From Paraspadella gotoi (Eukaryota; Animalia; Chaetognatha), in the NCBI GenBank assembly GCA_051294375.1, contig CM119265.1, positions 15,414,963 to 15,478,962 on the forward strand: a stretch of 64,000 nucleotides of DNA, written 5' to 3'. The notes beneath the pieces are model-generated. The model was not told the DNA's origin. It saw only the letters and a list, made by a program, of their open reading frames with translations, and did no database searches. Position numbers and translations under genes: made by a program. Numbering within the stretch: position 1 is the stretch's first letter; each line of letters starts with the position of its first letter. Of the stretch, positions 43,848 through 57,800 are shown in pieces.

Positions 43848-46365
43848 ATGGAGAGAGACGCGCCCCAATCAACGCCCCCAGCCACCCTCTGCAAAGCGGG
43901 CTGCGGCTTTTACGGTTCCCCAAACTTCGACAGCATGTGCAGTAAATGCTTTAAGGAGGCGTTAAAGAAGAAGAATCAGAATCCCAGTCAAAACGGTGAG
44001 CCTTGCATTATGAAACTAAGAGTATTATTTTTTGTTAATCGGTGAAGAACTAGTCTCGTAAATTAATCTTACTTAATGAAATATATAAAAATATTTATCG
44101 GTTTTTTATTCTCGAACTCATTACAATTATTTTTACGATATAATATTGTAAAAATATGCAATTTTTACAAGTTAAGTTATATGTATATCTTAATACATTT
44201 TATTTATCCTAAAAAAATAACAATTTAAATAGTATTGAAACTTATAATTTGTCGCCATATTAATTAAATATTCGTATACGTTTGTGCCAATGGCTTATCG
44301 ATTTTTAGCGCTTAGCCAATTTAATTAGTTAATTTTCTAGTTTAATTTCTACATAAATTACTATTTTGTAAGTATAAGTGGTTTTTGTAACTTTGAATTC
44401 AGTATGTTTCCTTTTTCTTCGACGGGGAGGTTTTAACTTTAAGTGAAGGTTTTTGCCTTAATCATGCGGGCCTTCGGATATACGATCTCAACTTGCCTCT
44501 CGTCGACAGTTTTTTTCCCTTATTTAGAAATTCATATATCGTCTTCACAAACGATATACTTGGATTAGGTAACAAGTTGTTCAGGATAATAATTAGTATA
44601 AAGAGCCAAAGTAATTGAATTTTTATTTAATGGGGTGGGAGAAGACGGAACGACCGAAGCCAACGTCGTGCCGTCGACTCGTTCGGGTTCTGATCTCGCA
44701 GCAGCAGCTTCGGGGCTCCTCGCCGTCGCGGTTTCCGAGGATAAAAGTGTGCCAATGTTGTTGGAAGAAAGTCAGAAGCGAAAGGCTGAGGATGATATTG
44801 CTGATCCGGGTCTCGGCGCCACCTTGGAGTCAAGCTCCTCCAAAAAGAGGATCTCTGCCGCGGATTCTCCGAAAGGCACAACGACCGAATATTTCCTTTC
44901 AGTTTCTTTTTTTAATCGGAGAACCTAGAAATTGTCTATACATTTTTTTTTATTTTTTTCTCCCCCGAGTTTTTTTTTTAAATTGTTGCATGAAGGATGA
45001 AAGAAAACCGTGATACAAAAGAAAGCGCTGCTAACAAAGATGAAGGTTTTTTAACTAAATAAAAACTCGTACATTGATTCAAAATGTATAGTAATCAATT
45101 CGGGTCTCTTAAGATCACCGAATTCGTTTCTACTAACTATTATTATTTTCACTCAGCCTCCCCAAGCGGTACGCCCTCCCCTTCAACCGCGTCGTCAACG
45201 CTCCTCGCCACTGGAAACGCCACGACTGCGCCTCTGCAGGTGATTTTCTCGCGCAATGTTTGGTAAAATATTTGGTAAAATCTTAAAAGCTTTACTAATT
45301 TCAGTTTTCCTTTTCTCAGAGCCCCACCCCTCTTCAGTCGTCGGCGTCGGCCACCAATGGAGCCACGGCCACGGCCATTGTCTCCCTGCCCACATCTCTG
45401 GAAACAGGAACACCCACCATTCCCACCGTAACGGCGCCGGTGGGGCCCAGTAGTAAGTAGACTGTCGCATCCATTTGTTTTGCTCCTGTTTCATACCTGG
45501 GGGATCGCATCGATTTTTACTTCCTGGCATCTCTCAGTGACGTCTTGTGACATTTTTTTTTTTATTTTTTATTTCTTTCTATTTTTCTTTCCACGTTCTT
45601 ATTTACTGCTTACTGTCTCTACCGTCATCCAGTAGTCATTTGCTCCTCCGCTTCCTCCTCTTTATCATCATCCTGTTCCTCTACGGGAGCTAATGCAGCA
45701 ACCGTTCAACAACCGTCCCCGTTGTTCGGGCCTGCTGTTAGTGCCTCCCATTCGGGAGTTGAGGGTGGCGGGAGTGGTGGCCGTCAAACTGGCGATACTC
45801 CCGGCACACCTTCGAAGCTAACCTCTTTATCGGATGGTAAGCTTGATTTGTACGGCTTTCCTTCAGGCTTTTTTGTTCTTTATCAATATCAATATATATT
45901 ATGTTATTGATTAGTCGACTTTGGTAATCATATTAACATTTATAACGCGTTTTGTGATTTCAGCAGATGCCGGAACGGAGGCGTCGTGTGACTCCGCGAC
46001 GCCAGCCGATGGAGTCTCCGGCGACGAAAGCGACAAAGAGGGGAAGAAAACAAAGAAGAATAGATGCCAAGAGTGCCGAAAGAAAGTTGGCCTCACAGGT
46101 AATCTAATAGAACTTTTATAGTATGTGCATTAGATAGTCTTATTACTATTTCAAATCTTATTGTGGAACTTTGCATTATTTAAATTTTAACCTTTTTCAC
46201 CCTTTGTTCCATTCAGGATTTGAGTGCCGTTGCGGCGGTCTTTACTGCAGCCTTCACCGCTATTCGGACAAACATAGCTGTTCCTTCGACTATCAAGCTC
46301 ATGGCGCCGAACAGATCCGCAAGGCCAATCCAGTCGTCGTCAGCGAGAAAGTTCAAAAGATTTAA
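43848..46365 (+). CDS. A20/AN1-type zinc finger protein (ZFAND5/ZFAND6 homolog)
   Basis: A20 finger [24 protein letters not shown] (exon 43848-43995). Ser/Pro-rich linker exons at ~45158-45239, 45320-45452 and 45633-45836. AN1 finger [15 protein letters not shown]|[41 protein letters not shown] (45964-46098 and 46217-46365). Confidence 0.92.
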
Positions 46366-48499
46366 GGGGCGTGGGGTCTGTCGCCGCCGTAGGCGAATGG
46401 CGGCGTCCGTCACCGCGCCGTTCCCTCGATTATTTGCCCGTGTGTGATCGGAGACTAGGAAATACGTCGCGCGACAACCAAATCCCTTCTACCGAAAGAA
46501 AGATCGACGCGATTCGACGATGAACTCGACTACAACGGCGAGAGAGTCTCGGATCGACTTTTTTTTTAATTTGCGTCAATTCGCCATCTACTAACGAATA
46601 TCTCACGTTAGCCATGTATAGCTACTGCCGCTTCTGTTTCGGTTTTTTTTCCCTTATCTTCACGGATTACTAGATTTTTATTTTTTTTATTTTATTTTAT
46701 TTTTTTTTTTTTTTTGAAACGTTTGGTTCCACAATCAAGACACTGTTTCTCGATCATCGCTTCTGAGACGACATCGTCCTAAGAGAATTTTCCTTTCGTT
46801 TGGATAATTCTCTCTCTTGTTATCGTCTACACCAAGGTTCAATAGATCAAACAATCTTGACTGCCGCTGGTAGCGCAATAACCACGTACTCATGTTATCG
46901 GAGCCCGGTGGATTGGGCGCACCAGAAGAAATTTCGTTTAGTCATCACATTGAGTCATGTTTTGTTCGTAAAAAGTAATATAACGCCTTTTTTTAAATAT
47001 TTGGTTTTTTTTCGGAGGGGATTTGGTTTCGTTGATCGTTTGCGGATGCAATCCTTTGTTTGTCAAATCTTCATTCGAGTCATGGAAAATGTTAAGCGAG
47101 AAGTCTCTCCTGCGTTGTACATCTTGTAAATGAGTTCGTGCCATCACCGACAACTTCCTTTTAATCAACATCAGAAGATTTGTCCGAAAATCCCGTATTA
47201 ACTTGGTTGCCTATTTCTAGAGGGAGATTATTAAATCATTTGCTTTCGGCATGCTTTTGTCGAGCCAATTGATTTTTAACACACCCCTAACCATCCCCGT
47301 GTTTTCAATTGCTAATCCGTGTATAAATTTCTTTGGATCAAAATTTTAAACTAAGCTCAGAAAGGATGTTCATTTTTAGTAAAGATTAGTCGGTTGAAGT
47401 TTTTCGAAAGACCGTCCTTTTTGATTATACATCAGATGTCATGTATTATCTTTTGTAAAAGTTACGTTTTGCTTTATGTAAGAATGCCTTTTCATTAGCT
47501 ACCTATGCTTAAGCTTTGTAAAGTGTAATCTGATTTAGTAGTTAACTGTTTACAATTCTGTAAACCGTGCTGAGAACGATACGCGGGCTCATCTAGCTAA
47601 ATAAAAGTCACTTTATTATGGGATTTTAACATTTAGATTTTATGAAAAATAAGTTAAATTCCTCCTATCTTCACTTTATATTTCGCAGGTTTTTTTCATT
47701 TTAATAAATCAAACATTTCCTTGCAGTAAAAGATTTATAAATCATTAAAGTTTATTCAAAATGTACGATGTAGTTTTTTGTTTGTTTTTTTTTTCGAATC
47801 ACTTTGCTATTGAACATTTTTGCTCCAACATCCTTGGATGAGTTGTCAGGGATATTTCCTAGAGAACCGTCTAGATGTAGTCCCTCGTTGTATATGCACT
47901 TGGGTTTGGCTGTTAGAATTCGTCACATAATCTGTTTTTCAATTATTTTGGTTTTTTTATTATTTAAACAGTTAGATTCAATGGGATAGCAGCAATTTGA
48001 TTAATAACAAGCCTATTCCACAAGTTGGGATGGTTAAAATTTTAAACGTCGTTTTACTACTGTCAATTTTGGCAGTAAAGGAAAGGTATGTCCATATATT
48101 CTCTGTATAACTTGTTATCTTCAGATTTAGATTTAAATTAAAACTCATTTATGAACTTGATTCACTCATCACTTTTGTCCTGTTAATTCGAGACTAGTCG
48201 GCAGTTAATTTATTATATTGCTTTTAGTTTGGGAAATGTTAACGGCAATTTCGTGCTAATAATCTTATTGGGATGAAATGTCCTATAAATAATTAAATTG
48301 TAGGCTTAAAAAATATAAAATTCGTAAGTATCACGTAAGCTATATACAGAACAAGAACCGGCAAGTTATCACTTATCTTTAAAGTATAAATTAAAATAAT
48401 ATATAAAACGAAATATTTAAACCGCATTGTATTAACTGAAATGATTCGGGATTAAATGAATTGTGCCCCAATTACTTTTTGATCATGTGATCATATTGG

Positions 48500-50188
48500 T
48501 AATAACCTTTCTTTTCGTTGTTCTATGTATTGAGGCAAAATGGTTTTTGTTTTACAACGAATTTTTTTATTTTTTTTATTTTTGGACAGTTTTTTTGGTG
48601 TGAAGAAGGAGAGAGAGAGAGACAGGGCAAAGTTTCCAACACAGAGTTGAGAAAGAGATAGTGGTCAAGTGGTGAGGACAGGTTAAGAATGAGGACAAAT
48701 AGAGATTTTAGTTGTGAATATGAAATGAAATGGTCAGAGTGAGAGAGATTGAGAGAGAGAGAGAGAGAGAGGGAGACAGGGAGAGAGAAAAATAATACAT
48801 TTCAAATGTACAACAAATAAAGTTTTAAACTAAATAAACAGTTATTAACAATTAAATAAATAAATAATTTTGAGTGGAGTTGAAAATGAAATGTGAAAGT
48901 GAGAAAATACATTTAGTGTTAATAAAGTTAGAAATTAAGAGTTAAGATAGAGCTCAAAGTGAGCTGGCCCCCTTGGTTTGGACAAATGAGAGGCTCGGGC
49001 GATGGGGCTGGGTCATTGGCGTGTCATTGGTTGAGAGGACAATTGAACCGAACATGTTATTGTCGGGCTAGGGAGGCTTGTGGAAAGATTCCAAGCGCTA
49101 CTCGAATGTCTCTTTGGCCTGATACGCCTGCCAGCTGCCCTCTTCTCGCCTGCTGACGAGGTGGGCGGTTGTCAGTTCTTGCCGCTTTTGCGACAGGAGT
49201 GCTGGACTCCTCCCCCTCCTCCTGGAGCCGTCGTTTTGGTCGACGCTCGCTCCCCAGAGAGAGGGATTGAGTTGCTACAGTTGAGGGAGAGGCATCGCCT
49301 GCCCATTGCCTGCGTAAGGGTCTCCGCCTGTCGCGTTGAGTAGCAACAGGGGAATCATTGTGCGGACGTGGTGGAGGCGGGGCTTCCACCACGCTTTTTA
49401 TAAGCGAATCATAGCTTGGAGGTCGAATCGTCCTCCATCACGGTTCAAAGAGGTTCAAGAGCTTTGATATAATTGCCTCCCTAATACCTCTTGAGAACCA
49501 GTTCGGGTCATGGGACAGCACTAGACAGTCTGACTCTCTAAATGAGTGGCCAGTGTTTGCTGTGTGCTCAGCAACAGCGGACAGGAAGTGCCGCGCGAGC
49601 GTCACGGAAGGGTTTTGTATGTTGCTGGAACCGATCCGTCAGAGACTTTCCTGTCTCGCCCACGTATGCTGCTGTGCAGGGTTGGTTGCCCGCTCCTGCA
49701 CAGGCCGCCAATAGACGGCTCCTGATGTTTTCGGTCTGGGGATTTTATCTTTCGGTTTCACCAATTGCTCACGGAGAGAACCGCGGGTCGTCACTGAGCT
49801 GGAGATCCCCTGCTTTGCTAGCACCCGCACCAATGACTCAGTGATCCCCTCGGTGGTGGGGAGGGACAAGTGACCCACGTTCTTAGGTCGCTTCTGCTTA
49901 TGATCAAGGTGCGCTGTGGTGGGCGCGGTCGGCTCTTCAGCAGCAAGCTCCCTTCCGACCTCCTGGGGGGTAGAGGTGGAGTCAGCGTTCGCGGTTACTT
50001 GGGCAGCCCCTGGTTGGCCACTGCCCTCAGCCAGGCACGGCCGGTACCTAGCCTTTCACACAAAAAACTGTCCAAAATTCACAAATTGTTTAGCGCTGAA
50101 GAAGGCTTGCAACTAAAGCCGAAACATGTCCGTTTTTTCTATGAAAATTTTTAAAAAATTCGTTGTAAAACAAAAACCATTTTGCCTC
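48500..50188 (-). mobile_element. 5'-truncated Penelope-like retroelement (GIY-YIG endonuclease remnant, inverted pLTR)
   Basis: Frameshifted minus-strand LPT.EGITESLVRVLAKQGI..LVKPKD..SGAVY, YVGETGKSLTDRFQQH, SAVAEHTANTGH..WFSRGIREA..LNRDGG. Inverted ends GAGGCAAAATGGTTTTTGTTTTACAACGAA (48532) and its complement ending at 50188. Degenerate TSD GATCATRTGATCRTA at 48481 and 50189. Confidence 0.88.
50092..50134 (+). ncRNA. Minimal type I hammerhead ribozyme in the inverted pLTR
   Basis: Stem I AGCG/CGTT, CTGAAGA plus an extra A, stem II GGCTT/AAGCC, GAAA, ACATGT palindromic stem III, and a GTC cleavage triplet ending at 50130. Confidence 0.8.
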
Positions 50189-50565
50189 GATCATATGATC
50201 GTACATGGGCAGAAGATGATTACGTATCCGAAACTTCTTAACCCTTCTACATGTTATAGTTAAGACTATGGCAACAGCCGGGTTGCCTGTGATGCCCATT
50301 GGGATGGGGCATCTCACTGTTGGCTTTGGGGGCTTCCAACCCTCAGTGACGCCTCCAGTCACTGGCGCGGTTACCCTAGGACGGTCTCGCTTTGCCAACG
50401 CAGAGGGAAGTTGTTAGGACTGTGGATGGAACACTACACTTGGGATGGTGTGTTCCCCCTCTGAGCCAATGGATTTGGCTGAAGGATGGTGGTGTGAATA
50501 TACCGCCACAAGACCGTTTTTATCTTTCTAACTAAGTTTCAGTTAGAAAATATAATTTGGTTAAT

Positions 50566-51936
50566 ACACGATGCAAGTTAAGTTGGCGAAGCTTAACATG
50601 CAATTTTTTATCATATTTTTTAAAATTTGTGAGCCAAATTTAAAGCTTTATATTAATAATACCGTACGCGTTTGGTTCTACCAGACTTCCTTTGCTTCTT
50701 ATTGCCGTTTTACTAATTTTCCTTTTTTGTAGATAAGCAAGGGTTATGGTAAAAGTAGATTCGTGGTTGTAAAAATTTTTAATAAAATTTTGTATTTTTT
50801 GATTTTTCAATTAAACCATATGGTTAAAAATATTTAAAATGATTATAATTATATACCTGTGGATAAGGCGCTAAGTGGGCTGAAGATGACTATCCGTAAC
50901 TTCTATAGCCCCCTTTAGTAGCTATGGAACGGATCCTGGGCTTGGAACCAGGCTTGAGGGGTTGCCACGCCCCCAAGGCGGCTTACGGCCGTCCTCACAC
51001 TTCCCGCAGGGTAGGTACCAGGTTGGGATTGAACCCGGTACCTAGTGGTCATGAGCTGATGGCTTTACTCAATGAGCCACCGGGTCAGGACTGAAGGTGT
51101 CATGCTTATAGGCGGGGTGAACCTAGGCAATGCCCGACTACATACCAAATGATAGCTGAAACATAATTTGAAATTAAATTTTAGATCAATTTAAAAATTA
51201 AAATGATAATTTTTTTTTATTCATAAAAGTATAAATATTAATTTAAATAAAAAAATATTAAGTTTTTTTTTAAATAAAAAAAATAAACTGACTTATGCTC
51301 ATTGAGAATTTTATTTTTACTTTAAATTAAAAAATATTAAAAAAAAAAAATCAGATTGTAGCAAAATCAAATAGCTAGAAGCTGATGTTTATTATACAAA
51401 AGTTGTAGTTCAAACTGTTTCAAAATATACATATATGATTGTAATAACATGACTTAACTCAAAATGTTTTTCTTATTCTTTGCTTCAATACAGGAGGAAT
51501 ATAATAAAAAAAATCAAATCTTAAAAAATTAGGAATAAAATTTGTCATTTTAGTTTTTAAATTGATTGATCTAAAACTTATATTTTTTAAATTCAAAATT
51601 ATGAAATAATAGATCAGAGAGTAAGACCTTTTTTTCAGCTATCATTTGATGTATAATTATAATCAATTTTAATATTTTTTGGTTATATAGATTAACTGAC
51701 AAATCAAAGAGTACAAAATTTTGTCATAGATTTTCACCAAAATGAGTGCTTCTTACTGCCTTTTTACTAATTTTCCTTTTTTGTAAATAAGTGAGGGTTA
51801 TGGTAAAAGTAAAGGAACTCTGGTATAACCAAGCGCATGCAGTATTATTAATATAAAGCTTAAAATTTGGTTCAGATTAAAAAATATGATAACAATTTGC
51901 ATGGGTAAGCTTCGCCACGTTAACTTGAATCATGTC
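50566..51936. mobile_element. Fold-back DNA element with long degenerate inverted arms and a SINE inserted at ~50860-51090 (minus)
   Basis: CAAGTTAAGTTGGCGAAGCTTAACATGCAA..AAAGCTTTATATTAATAATAC is mirrored at 51842-51936. Internal minus-strand GGTGGCTCATTGAG..CGGGTTCAATCCC gives A/B boxes. Confidence 0.65.
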
Positions 51937-54825
51937 ATATATTTTGAAACCGTTCGGACTTTAACTTCTGTACCATAAACTTTTTTTTTTAAAAGGAAAA
52001 AAGCATTTTGGAAAAAATATTTTAAGCATTGAGAATTTTAAATCAGGAAATCGGGTACAAATTTTATATTAAAAAAAAAATAGTTTGATTTTTTTAAATT
52101 TTTTATATCTTTTATTTAATAAAGTAGAAATAAAATTCTTAGTGAGCATAGGTCAGTTCATTTTTTTCCCTGATTTTTAAAAAAAATATTTAATATTTTT
52201 TATTTAAGTTAATGTTTATACTTTTATGAATAAAACAAAGCTCATATGAATGTATGAAGATAAAGGAAATGAATTAGAATAGTAAAAGTATAAAAAATAA
52301 GGAGCTTGAAAAAAAGGAAAGTAAAAGAAAAAAATAGATTGAAAGAGTTGTTATTATGTTTATAATTATTATTATTGTAATTATATATTTTTATTTTTTA
52401 AAATAAAAATAAATAGTTAAAATTATTGTTTAAATAATTTTTACCAGAATGATATTGTCCTAACTTGAGTTTAAGCTCAATCAACCTCTTTTCTAGTTAC
52501 ACACAAAATTTCAGATCATTCCATCAATTCATTCAAATGTAATGATAGGTTACAGATAGATGGATAAACAAATAAATATATGGAGAGAGGGAAGGATTCA
52601 ATTTTTTTGGATAATTTTTTATAAATCAGACTTCGAAGATGAACCAAATAATTTACCAACAAAATATGAAGGGTGGACAGATAAACAGATGAAATCGTTT
52701 ATAGAGTTAGATATTATAAAAAAATTAATTTATATATTAATTTTTTTTAAATTATTTTATATTTACTCATATCCTAACTACCAAATATTGTTTTGCATTG
52801 ATTTTTTTTATACATGAAGAAAACCATGTTTTATATAACCTATTCAGAGATAACAATTTCAATCACCAATTTTTTTTTTATGGCTGCATCCACTACGCCA
52901 CGCTAACTTTCATCGTGTCTTTAATTTTATTTTGATCGTCAAATTATTTTTACGAATGGTACGGATATTTGTTTTCACATAATGATTATTGATAAAATCC
53001 AAGTCTAACTTCGCATATGTAATTCTATAATTAATTGGGGCTCAAAAGTGAAGTGACCGAGAGGGTCGCTGTCCCATTGAGTGTGGATGGCCCCCACACT
53101 GAGTGTGCCTAATGGGTCTGGGAGATTTTTCATTCAATTGCCGAGCTTTCCGGAACTTCCGTTCTACCAGTGATTTAACCGGTCCGTCACTATTTTGGAA
53201 TGACCGTTCCGACCAGGACTAATACCCAGGACCATTGGGTTCAAAGATGAAGCATTAGCCCAGCCCTCTATTAGGGCGCTGATGGAAGGAAAGCCGTATC
53301 CAATGGGTAGTGATGTTACGTCACCACAAAGTGAATATTAGGAACTGGATGGCGAATTCGATCTGAAGTTAAATCCAACGGATAGAAAACTGTTCATAAT
53401 CCACTATTTGAATTTTGCATTTGACTTTTAAATTTTTACTAAGACTTTCAACATAGATGAAAATTCCTTAGTTTTATAATGTTTAAATTAAAATTTATAA
53501 ACGGCTTTTGAGATTAAGTCAATTTACGAGCAAAGAAACAGCCTATTAATAATAATAATAATAATTATTAATCTAGCTTGCTTCGTCTATTTTTATTTAA
53601 ACCTTCTCAAAAGAATTTTCGCACAAATAAACAATTTCGAATTTATTTAATAAAAAACTAGCGGCAAATAACATGAAAAACCTAGGTCATGCAAATTTGA
53701 GTTATACAAGGAAGTGAATATAGCGAAAGGATCTGCATGCAATTATGGAATGGTAGTTTCGAGGAAATATAATTTAAAACTATTACAGCACTTGACTAGT
53801 TGGTTGAAATTGTTGACACTCACGTACTATTCAAAAAATATTAGCGATCTTATACTGGTTGGACTTTAAAAATCATTTTCTAAATGAAAAAATATTACCA
53901 AAACGACACCGTTAAAGCATTACAATTAGCAGTGATGTATTATAAATCATAGAAAAGTTTAAAGTGTTCGCACTATTACAGAAATTCTTCGAAATATTTT
54001 TAATGGTAGTACTAGTAATTACCAAAATTATGAAGATCGTCTTAATTTTCGTTCGTTTTTGTTGCACCGTGAATACTCGCGAAGCAACTCTATAAGACCG
54101 TTCGGTCGGTATGTCTCTCTGCTCGTTTTTTACTTGATTTAAAAATATTTGATTCTGTTAATACTGCGTCAATTTAGTTCTTATTTGGTAAGATGGTAGG
54201 GTACTATAAGACCTTTAATGTACATATGTATTATACTTGTGCAATCAGTGATCTTTATAAAAATATTTATATAAATTTAAATTTGATGTATCATATCTTA
54301 TAAATTACCTAATTATTTAGTAAATAAAGGTATCAGTGATTGATTCTTGTATATATATTATATACTCTTATGATCACGCATAACTACATTTATATGATCA
54401 TAAAATAAATGCAGCGTATTTGGAGTAATATTTGTTTTATCAATGATCATTTATCTGCAAAATTTTAACGAGAATGTTACACATTCACGTTTACTCATTA
54501 TATATTCACGTTATTACACGAAAACATTCTTATGACAGCGTCACAACACATTGGAATTACCTTTCCTGTTTCGATAATAATACAGTATGCTATACGTTAA
54601 TCTTCAAAGCTGTAAAAAGAATCATAACAATACAACATGGTATTTACTGCTATACAATAAGAATTCAGTAGGTATATATAATAGAAAACGTGGTTTTATC
54701 CCGATAACATAATACATATTTAAAATTTAATTTATTGATTTTCTACATGAAAGATTGAAATTAATTACTGCCTGCCTATACCGAGATATTGATATTGTTT
54801 GAGAAATTCAATGACTCCTAGTCAT

Positions 54826-57800
54826 TTAAACCGGGTTTATCCCGCCCTGCCTATATACAGCATGATAAGCGTTCCGAAGAAGGACATATGGAAAGCAGGA
54901 CTCGAGTAAATCCATCGTAAGAAAGGGAGATTCTTGAACGATTGTGTCGAGCAAAATGTAAATTGACTCTCGATGACGAACAGCCTCTTTATCGATGGTC
55001 TCGAGTCCTAGTTTAAGAAGAGATGAAGAAGCGAGAGCAAGAAATTCTTTAAGCCTCTCCTCGGTATCTCCGTTGCCGCAAACTGTAAACAAAGCTGCGG
55101 CGAGAGCGTTGATGGCCTTTGCCAAGCAATGGGCGTTATTGGCATGGGCTTCCAGAGAAGGTTTGTACTGAGAATTTTCCATTCTTGCTAAACGTGGGAT
55201 GGAAACTGCGATAAAAACCATTAGTAGGCAAGCAGTCATATATTCGTCTTCGGGGTTTGAATCCTTAGCTTGATTTCTCATCGCGGAACAAAGTGCAGGA
55301 TCTACGTCGCATGAAAGACCCGCCGCAGACGCCATTTCGTTGACGATATCGATGCCTACTTGCGATCGAATGTTGGCGATCGCAGCATCCTGAGTTTTAG
55401 GCATATGCTGCTGGAAATCTTTGATTGAAGTCATTAAAAATGGAATGCGTTTGTCAAGCACGTCTTGCAGCGCTTCTTGTGCCAGAGAGCGAAAGCAGAG
55501 TATAACACCGATAATCGTCGTACGTTGCAGAACGGAATCTACATTCTGTAAATGTCTAATAAGTTCTTTCATCACTTCGGGTTTATCAAAACTTTCTCGA
55601 ATTTCTGTGAGAGTTGTCCTGTTTTGTTCCACCAACTTTTTCAATTCTCCAACTTGGGAGGAAATATGCCACATTAAGTTTTCACTCAAGTACTTCATTC
55701 CGTAAGGTCCAATGAGCTCGGCCAAGGCCCTTAACTCATTGAGATCTGAGAATTCTTCCGCGCTGAAGGGTAACTGACCTTCAGTACTTAAAGATACAAA
55801 AGCCTTGTGGAAGGGGGAAAAGACAATATGTCCGGCGGAGACACGTCGAAGCAAAACTTCTAAGTACCAGTTGGCGTAGAGAAACGTTATAGTCTTCTCC
55901 CCATGAGAATCCAGTGGTTGTGTTTGTTGTAGAAGAACGTTGTTGAAAACTCTAGTTATGTCAATATGAACATAGTTTTCCAAAGATTGAAGAACGTTCA
56001 TGTAAGCTCGAACCGATTGCAACAGCTCCGTCGGTTTACCGATTTCGTTGGTTTCCGGATTGTACATCACCATAGTTACCAATGATTTGGCAAATCTAGA
56101 TTCCAAATGTTGAGAAAGATATTCTCTTGGAGCAAAAGTATGCTCCCAGATGGAAATAGTGGAGCAATAATTAATTGCGTAACAAAGTTCTGTCAGCGCC
56201 ATATGAAGTTTATCCATTTTAGTGAATTCTTCTCGGGTTTTTCTTTTGCTCTCTACGCCTGGTTTTTCCTCCTCAGAAAGCGGCTTCATGTTTCCTCTGC
56301 CGGGTCTATTCTCCCTTCTTCGCTTGTTTACTTGTTGCGCGATCTCTGCGGCGCAGTTTTTGGGGCGCAGTTGGTGGCTAAGGTCGCACTGTTCAACGCA
56401 TATGTTGGTAATAATCTGTTTTGCTTCTTTCGCCATCTCATCTAAGAAGTTATTGACGCAAGAAAGACTCCTGTCTCCGATGTGGTGTCTCTCTTCGGGG
56501 CATAGTTCGTGGGTGCAATTCATGAAATGGGAACAGATTAGTGGAAAGGCTACAGCATATCGGGTTTGAGCCGGAAATTCCAAACACATCTGAAATTGGT
56601 GCTCGAACTGCTTGTAGTAGAAGCAGAAGAAGCTCATGTCCGAAGTTTCGTTGAGCATCTCGTCGAGAAAATCAACCATCTTGGAATGGAAAGCAATCGT
56701 GTTCATGAGATGCGCGAGCTCCTTGTGATCCGTCAGTTGCAGAGGCGATCTTTGCACAGATGTGTAGGCTTGTAATCTGAACCAGTCCAGTCGTAAACCA
56801 CGGAAATCGAAAAGTTCGTTGTCCTCAACTTGCTTGACAGAGAGACCAGTCATTGTGGAATAAAAAGACGATAGAAGAATAGATTCGTCCTCCGGTAAAA
56901 CAGACATATTCTGCGTCAAATGATTTAATCTGGAAGCGTCATATCCACTTAGATATTGTACGTAGTAACGTTGAAGGACTTGGTTGTATTTGCGGACCAA
57001 CGCCCTCAGCTCCTCAACATGAAACAAAAGTTCCGGCAAAAGTCTGTCCTCTAGATCTGGCTTGGGTCGCTTGTCCTTTAAAGAGGCAAGACTATCTTGG
57101 TGCCTCACGAGCCAATGAACCTCGTCTCGCGCGAAAGCCATCCCCATGAATACGTACAAACTTTTCGGGCCTAAAAGTCCGGGTTGATCCGTAAATACCA
57201 GAGCCAATTCTTTTAACGCGGTCCGTAAAAATTTTCGGCGCTCACGATGCAAAAGATGAGCGTGCTGCAACGCGTGATTATAACATTCTTTGATTTCATC
57301 AACCTTTTTTCGGTAGCCCCTTATGCCTTCAAAAAATGACGTGACGAAGGAATGAATCTTTATCACCTCGTCTCTGTAAAGCATTAAAACCCATGACGAC
57401 TGGCAGACCATCTTAAACAGATCCATGGCAACTTGCTGATTGAGATGTTGATGGCATAGAAGAAATCCAAGTATAATCCACCGTTCCATAATATCCAGGG
57501 AGAGATACTCGCAGGGTATGGTGGGCGATTGCGCAGGGTTGAGAAGTGTCGCCGACGTCGTCACGAGGGACAGCAGTTGAGCTTTACGCCATTCTTCTGC
57601 GTGAAGATTACGGCGAGGATAAACGTACTGTAGTGAAAGGAGAGCTTGGACGACAAGTTTGGCGTGAGGAACGAATTCTTCGCACATTCTCTTTAGAGGC
57701 GGATCGTATTCCACGATCATCTGACCCAAACGAGGAAAGGCCGGGTCGCCAGTCCCGTGCATCATTTCGTGGGCATGGTTGAAAAGGCCCAAAACTGCTT

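Noticed and set aside
55421-57782. Plus-strand ORFs overlapping NCKAP1
   Set aside because: Antisense shadows of a strongly conserved coding sequence.
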